From Ylistrum balloti (Eukaryota): 64,000 bases of DNA. Under the pieces are notes generated by a model. It saw only the letters and a program-made list of their open reading frames with translations, had not been told where the DNA came from and searched no databases. Of this stretch, positions 12,901-23,800 are shown in pieces. The stretch lies in assembly GCF_031769215.1 (NCBI RefSeq), contig NW_026782359.1, positions 62,001-126,000 of the forward strand, read 5' to 3'. Position 1 is the first letter of the stretch, and each line of letters opens with the position of its first letter. A program made the translations under genes and the position numbers.

Positions 12901-13029
12901 GACAACTTGGCATTCCTTTGTTTTCTTTGTTTTACAGACACTTCAGTTTTACGTGGAGATGCACTAGAAATTAAACATGATGGAGTCGAATAATGAGTAA
13001 ACTGCATCATGCAGCTGTTTCGTCCTTAT

Positions 13030-13630
13030 GTGTCTTTTGTACAAACTATTTATATTTCTCCACTTGGTGGATATGAATACTAATGTGAACGGTTTTCCCC
13101 GATTTCTGTATTCACTATGTGACATTAAAAAGATTGACAATAACTCGAAGATGAAGATCTATAAAAACCGTCCGGATCAACTCCTATAGAACGATCAAAC
13201 GATCCTCTCTATTCAGGCGATCTATAAACAATAATTTACCTTTCTCTTAAAAGACGTGGTTTCTACTTACGGATATATACATACTAAGCAGATAGATATT
13301 GTTTTATGCAGCAATAACAACTCTTTGTGATTTTCTTTTGATGTATTTTCATATCTTTCAAGATTCCTAACAAATGAACATTGGCCCACAACACGAACAA
13401 TGGCGTAACTAACAAGATATTCCCATTACGGGCACATGATGTCAGGAGCCTTCCGTATTTGCGGATTCCTAATCCTCTGTAGAGTTTGGTGAGGCATCTT
13501 TCCAATCAATAACTCTTAGGTAGCAGTTCATTTCCGGATTTTGCGATGTTTATGATAAGTTTTTTTATATTGATGTCTACTCAATTCTAATTATCTGTTC
13601 ATATCGATCTTCAACTCCAGATTGTTATTG
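13030..13630 (+). pseudogene. Highly decayed Penelope-like RT fragment
   Basis: CAAGATATTCCCATTACGGGCACA (~13413) resembles the QxIPMGT segment at ~23546. TTCCGGATTTTGCGATGTT (~13533) resembles an FRYxDDV codon string. Both are frameshifted. Confidence 0.35.
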
Positions 13631-13689
13631 TGTTGTGACGATACCGTACATGAAGTTCCTGCTTAGAAAATTAGAAAATATGAACAAAA

Positions 13690-14340
13690 GTCATGGAGAC
13701 TCCAGGAAAATAAAGGAGAATAAAACCAGGTGTTCCAGAAGAGTAAGCCTCTTCTGCTTCATCGACGACACCTGTCATGTCAGCATTGGTATATCCATGT
13801 AATGTCACTTTCTAGAACGAGAAAAAGGTATAGAACAACGTGACCAACGGGCAAACTAACGAGCATCATATCCCACAAAGAAACAGAATATTTCTCAATA
13901 AGATCACTATGAGGACCGTACAAATTACATCAAGTTGTAACTTTTGAAAACCTGTGTTATGCGTTTGTAAGTTGACATTTCTTGCACGAAAATCGTGAAA
14001 ATTGGAACGGGCACTTGGATATCGAATGGAATCCAGAAATGGAAAATTCACAATAGGGAAATTCAAATTATTACGCGTATCATACAGTTTGGGGGAAAGC
14101 TGTTCATATTGGTGTCGTTTTAGGAAAAGATCGAAATCATCTGCTGATGCAGTAGAGTCTATTGTGTCCTTTGTTTCCAATTCTGGTGGGTATATACGAT
14201 GGACGTGGTCAATAAATTTCTTGTTATTTAGAAACAATATATCATCTAATACTAAAAGATCCCGAGGTAAAGGCCAAAATAAGTTCGAACAAAAATGTTT
14301 GAATCTCAAGCGAAATTTGTCAGAAGTGTCCATATAACAT
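13690..14340 (-). mobile_element. Penelope-like element (Naiad/Chlamys-type) RT C-terminal fragment plus 3' tail
   Basis: The ORF reads LDDILFLNNKKFIDHVHRIYPPELETKDT...KLYDTRNNLNFPIVNFPFLDS, the typical invertebrate PLE RT thumb signature (IYPxELEIKDTT, KLYDKRDDFxFxIVNFPFL). The NIPxxPAYGV segment is deleted. The tail motif lies at 13726-13779. Confidence 0.85.
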
Positions 14341-17300
14341 GAAAGTTGTTTTTATGATAAAACACTTCTTACATGTGTTAGTTTTACTAGTAGTAAACCC
14401 ATGTTAGTTCCGTAAATATAAAAATGTTCGAATATAATATGTACTAATCTGTGATATTCTAATTCTAGATCGACCAAACTTTGACGTTATATCGAGAGAT
14501 TTACAGAATGTCGACCGTAATATCGTACCTAAAGATATCACAATGCACTCTTAAAATGTATCAGTAGATTACGCAATAGACACAGAAGCGAATAGCACAT
14601 TCCAACAAAACCAAGAACGGACACAGTAATGCTAAATAATGAATCAAAGTGCAACAGACAGCTGTTCCTTTCCTCTAAGGTCACATGTGATGGAAGAAAA
14701 TCATGTACTGCTAAGATTTAATAATTCATTTCTATATCTTGTGACACAAGTATCGGATAATCGAATTTCATTGCGTCAAGCTAAAAGCAGAAGCATTTCT
14801 AAATAAAATCATGATGATGACAAACACAACTATATCTTTCAGTGGTCGAATATCATTGATATTAATAAATTACTTTACTAACAATAAGCTGAAAACTCAC
14901 AAAAGGGAATGTAATCCAATATTTTCAATTAGCTCATTAGCAGGCCGTGATTGCTGATTATATTTCAAATAAAGACCTATGAAGGTGAACGATGTGATAT
15001 CCGAAGGGAATATTGAAAGACCTGACATTCCTTACTACCAACTGTGATTTAATTGATACAACTGGAGGAAGTCACGGTTTGACATCATTGGTATTATATA
15101 TATACAATTTTGTTTATTCGAAATACCGAATTAATTTAAAACGTTGTCAATCAGTAGGTTAATCTTCCAATTTGACAAAGTGCTCGAGTTTGCGGTATTG
15201 TCTCACCAATATGTTTCAGTTGCTTGGCAAATTTGAGTTCAAGTTGTTATTGTTTCAAAAGAAAAAGAAAACAAACACAAAAACAAAAGAAAACAACCCG
15301 CCCCCAAAACAAAACCCAAGCAAACAAAACAAAGCATTGCCAATACGAAGACCTGCTCAAGATTCAGTACTTCGTATAGTGCTTTATGGTGAATGTAAGA
15401 TCTCTCACGGTTCATAGGTCAAATAGTCAACCTTAAACATAAACTATCAACTTTTACCGCTGTCACTCAAGTTCGGGGCGGATTTTCCCATTCACACCCA
15501 GAGCGAAGTACGGTGACAGTTTTAACAGTACATACAACAGTAGAATGGCAATCAAATGACTGCTATAGAGACGTAAAGTAGTACCCGTGTATTTGATTAC
15601 AAAGTGACTTATTTCCTAACTTATTGTTCGCTTGACTGCAGCAGCATCATTAATATTTTACAGCGTATCATATTGAGATGGAGGTTGAAGTACTGTAGAC
15701 ATTAGGCACTTATTATCAGGTGATGTGACGCCGGTTCCAGTGTTCTTCACCAGATATGGATTAATTACTACACTGAGAATCGGTAAATAAGCACACGCCA
15801 GCTTTAGGGCTCTTGGCACTACTTAACATCCCCAGTTATCTCATATTTATAGCTAAATTTCTCGTCTTATCTACCACTATCGAGATGGCAGGAATGAAAT
15901 TGACCAGAATCTAGCTCGAGTAGTGGATTTGTGACATAAATAACTGCGTAATTTAGTAATGTTTGTAATGTTCTTTAAGTTCCCCTAAAAGGCATAACCA
16001 AATCCAGGTCTAACGCCCATCTACCCAGATTTTAGCCAACATCTGTAGACACATTAAACGGTATTTTTTAAAAAAAGTTCATCTTTGTATCATTGTTTTT
16101 GTGAGATTAATCTTGTGAAACATACGTTTCATTTCTTGAATGGTCAACCAGGAATTAAACCTGCTAATCTATTGTATGATGCGACCATCGCGATTAAGGT
16201 TTGATGAAAACAGCATATATCTATTGAGTAATGCGACCATGTACTGACAGAAGTCATCCCGATATATTTCACCACAAAACATCTATGGATAATCCGTTCT
16301 ATGATTATATACTGCGTTATCGTATTCTAATGTCTGTATGTAATGTCTGTACAAATGTTTTTTAAAAATACGATTCTAATATCTTACCAAATCAGTAATT
16401 ATTTCTATTTTTGACAGGGATTTTTAGATATTGACTCCAAATAAACAGATTTCACGTCAATGTCCTTCAAACTTCGTATTCTCTTAGATTTGATCTTTAA
16501 GCTGGTTTGTTTTGGAAAGGAAACCCAGAACGCTGTAGGAGGTAATGTAGCAGATAGATTTAACGAAGTGGACAGATATCGTATTAATTGAAGCGTTACT
16601 TAGATGTAATTGTTGTTTTCTCAATATATTGCTGAAATCTTCTATCAATATGCCTTGCAGTAGGTCATGAAAAAATGAAAGATAATTTATCAGCAAACTG
16701 ATATAATATCGCCACCATAAGTATGAGAGTTGTCAAGAATACAAAAGAATTTTTTTTCAAAACTTTTTCATTTTCCCTTTACACCGTATCAACATTATCA
16801 CCTATGTTTGCAACATAATGAAATGTTATTAACAACTAATACAGTAGCATGTTCAGAACGTTTCGATTTTATTAACATATATCAATGACACAGAGAAGCT
16901 AAACCCTTGGATTTCGAAGTTGTCCCCGAAACAAGGTCAATGCAAAATAGACACATTTAATAGGAAAAAAACAGACTGTTCATTAATAACGATACTTATA
17001 GCAAAAATACAAGCGGTAGCTCAATTTATATAACGGAAATAATTATAACATATATGTACATGTAGAGTATTGTACCAGATTGTGATTTGTCATCCTGGTT
17101 TTAATATCTAGTACATTTATTGTCATGACTAAACAAATATATATCCAATTTCTACGGACCACCAACACAAATGTGTCCTATATCATCGTACATTTCGGGG
17201 GAAACGGGTGGCATCCGCTGTAATGAAGATTTGTGATCAAACGACATTTTCTCACGATATACAATACATACTAACCATATCTAGGCGGAACTTGAGTACT

Positions 17301-17589
17301 ACACTTCAACTGTACTAAAAACACTTTAATTATAGATAATTACATCCATTTTAGTGTTTATAGCCACATCCATTGATAAAACGTGTGTGCCTTGCACACA
17401 ATACCACATAAGATGTACTTGTCACAGTTAACATAACATCCTGTTTATACCTGGCGAGTGTCTTAATCTAACGTTAAAACAAACTAAAACAAGTTAAATA
17501 ACACAGTAATCGAAATGTGCAAAAGAAGTTTGTAACATCTGCATTGAGCAATTTGTCGAAGCTAAATTGGTTGCCTCCGATCAGATTCA

Positions 17590-18726
17590 CTATCTAGTCA
17601 TGTTTTCACTGTTGCTCGAGTTCTGGCTGTAACTTATGGCGCGGATACTTTGACGTATAGAGCTCCCTGTCCCACTTGTCGACACCGCGTTTTTGCACGC
17701 GAAACACTTGAAGATGGCGCGCCGTATTTTATCGTTAATGACACCATAAAGAAAAGGATTGACACATGCGTTTGCAAGGGCGATACAAACTGTAATAATG
17801 AGAGCAATTGAAGGAACCTGCATATTATCCATCATGCCATCGATGAGAATTATGACGAAAACAACGAAGATTGGGAGCCACATCAACATGAACAGGAACA
17901 CAAGCAGTAGTAATGTTTTTATCAATTTCACGTCTCGTTGATCACGATTTTTTCGGGTCTTCAGGGAATTTGAATTTAGTACGTCGACTCTGTTGTGATT
18001 ATGTAAAATAGCACGTCGTGACCCCACAAATTTGCGAATAATTTTGAAATAGTTCATACTCATGACAGCAATTGGAATGACAAAACCAAGCAAACAACTA
18101 AGAACAGTGAAGAAGATAGATGCACGGAACCCACTTGTCTTTGGCCACGACAAAGTACATATAGTGACGTAATCATGTCCGAACAGAAACGATCTGGTGT
18201 GAAAATACAACGCAAGTGGAATAAAGCACAACAAGCAGACGACCCACGTGATTATGATAATGGCGACTGCCACTTGTGGGGTCATCTTCTTGGAAGTTGT
18301 TTTATTAATACATATATGTCGGTCAATACTAATCACAGTCATAGTCCAGATCATGACCATGGCACAAGTAAACAGAAGGTAAACAAATACTTTGCACACA
18401 GCATTACCAAAAATCCAATCACCTGTTAAACGCGTGATTGCAATGAAAGGACTTCCGAATGAAAACAAAATGTCTGCCATTGCCAAATTGGCTATCATGC
18501 AGTTGGTAACGGTTCGAGTGCTCTTTGTTTGGAACATCTGGTAAAAGATCAGGATATTACCGAACATGGAAAATAGAAATAGGACAATGAATACCAATGC
18601 CTCTATGTAAGGTAGTCCCGACCATGGACGGTTGAATTCCGACATGAACGTGAAAAAGGAAGAGTTCCCAAAACCGTACTCGTGAATGCCGTAGAACCAG
18701 GACTTGTTGAAGTATGAGTCCCCCAT
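17590..18726 (-). CDS. FFAR4: Class A GPCR, free fatty acid receptor 4 (GPR120)-like; intronless CDS, 378 aa
   Basis: Seven hydrophobic segments with GN (TM1), NLAMAD (TM2), IDRH (TM3), MWLP (TM6) and NPFLY (TM7). FFAR4-like motifs include FFTFMSEF, ITRLTGDW, CTLSWP and DVKLIKTLLLLV. The track start at 18753 is a GTG directly after a TGA; the first in-frame ATG is 18726, in ACCATGG context. Confidence 0.9.
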   Translation of the reverse strand: MGDSYFNKSWFYGIHEYGFGNSSFFTFMSEFNRPWSGLPYIEALVFIVLFLFSMFGNILIFYQMFQTKSTRTVTNCMIANLAMADILFSFGSPFIAITRLTGDWIFGNAVCKVFVYLLFTCAMVMIWTMTVISIDRHICINKTTSKKMTPQVAVAIIIITWVVCLLCFIPLALYFHTRSFLFGHDYVTICTLSWPKTSGFRASIFFTVLSCLLGFVIPIAVMSMNYFKIIRKFVGSRRAILHNHNRVDVLNSNSLKTRKNRDQRDVKLIKTLLLLVFLFMLMWLPIFVVFVIILIDGMMDNMQVPSIALIITVCIALANACVNPFLYGVINDKIRRAIFKCFACKNAVSTSGTGSSIRQSIRAISYSQNSSNSENMTR

Positions 18727-19599
18727 GGTGATATCATCAGCGTCCTCATTCACTCATTGTTCATGATCTGGAGATATAAATTATTGATTAATAACATTTA
18801 AAATTAGCATTGAAGCAATCGATAACATGCAAATATATACATTAACATTACATTTTCAACATTACATTGCCTGTTACTATGGTGACGTTCACGTGGAACA
18901 TGATAGTTATATATTATAGCAGGTAAAGGCAATTTGTCGAACTTCATTGAAACATAGGGCAAGTGCACGGCTATATTTAGGTCCTTAGCATTACTGACAA
19001 GTACTCAAAGGACAAATTAGCTTTAATGTTGAATTCATTATTTGGCTCTACTGTATCGAATTATTAGTTTTATTGAAAAGTGCAATTCACTTAATACTTT
19101 TTAATGATATCATTTCCTTGTATCAGCTATGTAAACAGAAAACTAAAACATACAGAAGTATATTGTCAATACTCATCAGCAAAGCTATTTATGACTTCTA
19201 CGTAAGGTAGACGGAACGTTTGTCAACTTAGAATACAAAATTGCAAAAAAAGATATGATATTTGTATTGTTAATCATTAACAGATTCTGAAAGTTAATGA
19301 AATTAACCACGTGTTTAAAAGGAAACATACTGAAGGAACGTAAATCTTCAAATTCCCAACTTCCATTTATAGACAAAGGATTTTTTATCAAACTATTTTG
19401 ATTAAGACTTTTGTTTAACCAATATGTATGTATCTGCTGTTTGACCGGTTCCTTAAAACACAGGAAGAAGTATTGGAAACTTGTTCATTGTGTCTAATGA
19501 AAGGATTAGACGTGAAAACATTTCTTGCTGTACTTGGTCCCTCCTCTTACATTAACGTCATTAACCATAAACAATCACAAAAGGTATAAAATGATAATG

Positions 19600-19950
19600 A
19601 TGATAAACAAGAAAACCCAAGTGTAAAATACTGGAAGGGGAAAACAGAAACACCCTAACAAATACTTATTGAAATAGACAACATCATCAATACAAAAGTG
19701 ACATTCAAGAAAAAACAAACCATCAGCACACTTATGGAAATTACCGTTGAGACACATGTGTGAATTAGAAAACGGGGCATCACAATTTACAAATATGAAC
19801 TTTAAATTGGTGTGAAATAGAAAGCAAAGAAAACATCGTCAACACACAGAAAGATAAACATAATCTCGATGTTTACGTGAAGGAGGACAACTTGCCCAAT
19901 ATTTGAGACGTGGTCGCCGGATTAAATTAGGTCCAAATGCTACTAAAATC
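19600..19950 (-). pseudogene. Possible very decayed PLE RT remnant
   Basis: The minus strand reads GTCACTTTTGTATTGATGATGTTGTCTATTTCAAT, resembling TFRYIDDVL..N with a frameshift. Confidence 0.3.
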
Positions 19951-21086
19951 GATGAAAAGATTATTAAAATCCTAAGTTTGACGAGCTTTGAATAACGTAC
20001 CTCTTCTTATTTTAAATGTCTATACATGTATGCTTATGACAGACCCGTAATTATTGTCGATTGGACCATCAGCAATAATCAAATTCTACGAGAGGGTTTA
20101 CAGGTATAAGAATTTAGGGACTATTACTATCATTACACTAACAGTCTAACTGGATATTCACGCCACGAAAACGGGCATGCTGTTATAAATCGCCAGATAA
20201 CTCTTTTTCGTCGGTATTACAACATCTACGATAGGAAAAATAATTCTGACGCAAACCTTGTAGCTGTCTAGCATACTGATTTCATTTCATTCTAGAAGCT
20301 ATCCAGACAGTCATTCAAAACTGTTTTTTAGTTTAAGTCCTAAATCAAGATAAAGTCATTATTTTGAATTCCCTATCTCCGACATCCTACCAATATAGAC
20401 AGACAAAACTCCTAGCAGACTTGACAAACCAGATGCACAAGCCATTCTACTGTAAGAATAGACCTAATTAATTAACATCCAAACATAAAATAATCATGTA
20501 GGCTGATTAACATTACATAAATATCTATACATGGCAAATTAATGTCTTTGGGAAATATTTCTGATTCCACAAGACCTTTCTAACTTCTCTGTCCAAGCGC
20601 CTGTCTACTTGTCCGAACCGATGTAAGAGGACGTTAACTAAGTTAATACTAAGGTAAATACGTTGCAGCTTGTTCAAGTTTACACAAACATTATTACGGA
20701 AAAAAGTCAAAGACTTGACATATATAGTTCATTACAGCTAAGTCGAAATCAAACAAATTGTATCAGAATCAATTTTATAAGATAAGGCTGTAATGCCAAT
20801 GCCTAGCGTTGTTTTGACAACCAAAAATGGCTAGCATGACCAAGAGTTGACTTATGCTAGATGTGAATTATTATGGCAAAACTATGAATTCGAATTGCAA
20901 ACATCACAGATCAAATACAGAGTTACATTATCAATAGCCTTAACATGTTTTTTTTCTTCTCTATTTCCTTCTCTTGCTTTGCATAAAATGTCTTAACCAA
21001 TATTGTACAAAAGTCACTCCAGCGAATAGCAACTTTTAACACAAATTCAGATAAGATACAGCACAGTCAAACAATATATAAAATTT

Positions 21087-21130
21087 CATCATACAGTTGT
21101 TTCGTCCTTCTAGGAACTGACAGTGATGCA
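21087..21130 (-). ncRNA. Decayed type I minimal hammerhead ribozyme (PLE-associated); partial copies at 13003-13027 and 21485-21510
   Basis: The minus strand reads TGCATCA-CTGTCAG-TTCCTAGAAGGAC-GAAAC-AACT-GTA-TGATG. Stem I (CATCA/TGATG), stem II (TCCT/AGGA), GAAAC and the GUA site are present, but the CUGAUGA core is mutated. Confidence 0.65.
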
Positions 21131-23339
21131 ACGGGCCTAAATTGTAAAGATAGGAGGCGATTAAAGATAATCCTAAGTGATCGAAAGAAATTTAAAAATC
21201 TAGATGTGGAGGTGCACTAGTCCCATACTTAAAGTTAATTTCGTATATCATATCTCTGGTCATTTTTGAAAGAACGTAAAGTACATACGTATTTTCTAAA
21301 TTGTTCCACTATTCGCATGAATTAAAACGTGGCATACAGGTTACGGCAAATATTGGGGACGAATCGTCCACCAGCAGTGTCTATCACCTGCAATCTCGAA
21401 AATTGTACAAAAGACACATAAGTGAATAGCTTCTTTGTATACAAATTTGAAAAAGACACAGTCGAGCCAAACAATGAATTAAACTGCATCATACTGTTAT
21501 TTCGTCCTTCACGGTAAATTGATACGAGATGATCACCTACATAGCATGAAATTACTTATCATGTAGTGTTCTTTATGAAAAAGACTTTCATACCATCTTT
21601 TCCGTTGAACGTTGATAAATAATGTTACAGTGATGTCATACATTGTAATTGTATTTGACGTCAACATGGAGATCATTAATTAAAACGAAATGTACTTATT
21701 GCTAAAATAATGGACGTTTTCGTTTGATTTCACTTCAAATGTGATAAATAACAGTTAACGAGCACCTTTGATACTTTGACAGACAGTGTGAAGTTCGAGC
21801 ACAACTTATACCACATATTCCATTCAAGAGAAAATATAGTTATTCATATGGAAAAGTGAATTAGTTTCTTACTTCTTCACTCCCTATAGGATACACGTCT
21901 CATATCCCACCTCTCACTGAAAGCTGTACACAAAAAAGTATGCTGGTATGTTACTAATAATATCACGATATAATTACATTACAAATGACAAAGCCTATTG
22001 TTTGTTACTTTTTTACACTCTGTTGTGGTTGGTTGTCTATGATGTGGTAATTTCACTGAGAATAGCATCAACGTCATTTTAAATCATACTTCATTAGTGA
22101 ACTGAAATACAAAATGTTTTAACAATTATAAGCATTACCTACTTACCTGATGGCGAATCTTCAGACTTACAGCTGGGGTTATTCAGCTCAATCACTTCTT
22201 ACACAAAATCCTGTTTTATATAATATTCAAAGTAATTAATAAGTTATCACCATCAAGAGTTGTTTGATAAAACAAAAACATCCGACGAAAGTATTTTGCC
22301 AGCAGAACTTTTTATCAGCAGTAGTTTACTTTTTTTCGGAAAATGCACAGCAAATATGTCGAAGTGTAATATATAGCTGTTTCCGCAGATCTTTTAAAAA
22401 AATAGTCCTCGGAACACCATAGGATATCTGATATCTACAGCAGTTTTATCCGTGTTCATGAGCAATATATTTCCTCGTCTCTTGATAAGAAATTTTCTCT
22501 GTAAACCAGGCATGTTTCAGATGTCTTGATATGAAGACAGCTAAACATTAGTGCTTGGTGCACGCAATTACTTAAGTATATAAGGATATCCTTTCAGTCC
22601 ACTTAACCAACACATATCTGTGTCAATCTGGTAATGCCCTCGATAATCACATCTACTTACACCGCCAGGCGCAGAAAATCGCCTACCCATGTAGTCGTGT
22701 AAATCAATTGATTGAGCTGTAAATTATTACAGGTAATTTGTCATCTTAAGTTAATATTGGTGTTCAATATCTGCTTGTTATCAGCCACTGTAGCAAAAAC
22801 GCTTGGGAATAGGACCAGTAGTAAATCTTACACTCAACAGCCAGACTGTTCACGTCATCCTCATCCCTAATAAAACTAAACTCGTTTCAAAATAGATATA
22901 TTTTAAACAGATAAAAATTAGCGACTCAACTATCATTGTTTAAACAAGACTGTTATACCCAGCACGTCCTAGTCAAGGCTTACGAGTGCAGTTTTAATGA
23001 TACGATATCTTGGTCGATAGTACAGATATATGGTGCTACCCGTGTCAGAGTACTGTATTGACACACGTTGATTATACCACTACTGGTCTTAATAAGTACC
23101 CTTCACAGTTATGTATTACACTGGATGGCAGAGTACTATCCGCCATCCCCGCTCATAGTGTTGATAACACATTAAGCATTGTCGCTTTGATACCTCCTTT
23201 TTGATAGATTAAACTGTGGATTGATATATACTTGAAATACTGCAACAACAACAAGAAAATGCCAACACGTCAACATAAGCGTAATCTAACCCCAAATTCA
23301 TTAAAAGCAGGAGAAAATATGAGCAAAAGAAAGATTTAC

Positions 23340-23800
23340 TTAGACACTCCTGAAAAAGTACAAGACGATTAAGTCTAGGTGTTCCAGAAGTCAGGTAAAT
23401 ATTGGTCAATCCAGGTAAGTGATGTCACGTTCTCAAATGAGAATACGGTATACCACAACAGAGCCAAAAGGTAAACTAACGAGCATCAAACACGTCCAGC
23501 TTTATATCGCACAAAGACATATATCCGCCAGATCCGCCAACAAACAAGACATTCCCATGGGAACAAACTGGGTCCCTCTCTTAATTGAATTGTCTTTTTT
23601 CCCATACGATTTAAATTGACGTAAAAGGCCATAATGACCTTTATTTTCAGTTTCAGATGTCTTATTTTTAAACAGCGAGAATTTTTCATTGACTATAGTT
23701 ATCGTATGTAATTGAATCGGATCACAAATCTCACCGAAATTGGAAATGAAGGACATGATAGACTCGGCCTTTTCATACAACGAAATCACATGGACTGTTT
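23340..23800. mobile_element. Penelope-like fragment: minus-oriented 3' tail joined to a plus-oriented RT core remnant
   Basis: 23340-23510 aligns with 13690-13870 (AGGTGTTCCAGAAG ... AAACTAACGAGCATCA). The plus strand then reads QDIPMGTNWVPLLIELSFFPY and ISPKLEMKDMIDSAFSY. Confidence 0.75.

Noticed and set aside
13100-13505. Minus-strand GIY-YIG-like reading (YVYIRK*KPRLLRER) and plus-strand RAHDVRSL tyrosine-recombinase-like reading
   Set aside because: Both are short and interrupted; the plus-strand RT-motif reading fits the neighbouring PLE sequence better.
18727-18753. N-terminal extension MNEDADDIT of the GPCR
   Set aside because: It begins at a GTG directly after an in-frame TGA; the ATG at 18726 has strong Kozak context.
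19187-19228. Hammerhead-like TTATGA-CTTCTAC-GTAAG-GTAGAC-GGAAC-GTTT-GTC
   Set aside because: Both core boxes are mutated and there is no convincing stem I; at most a very old relic.
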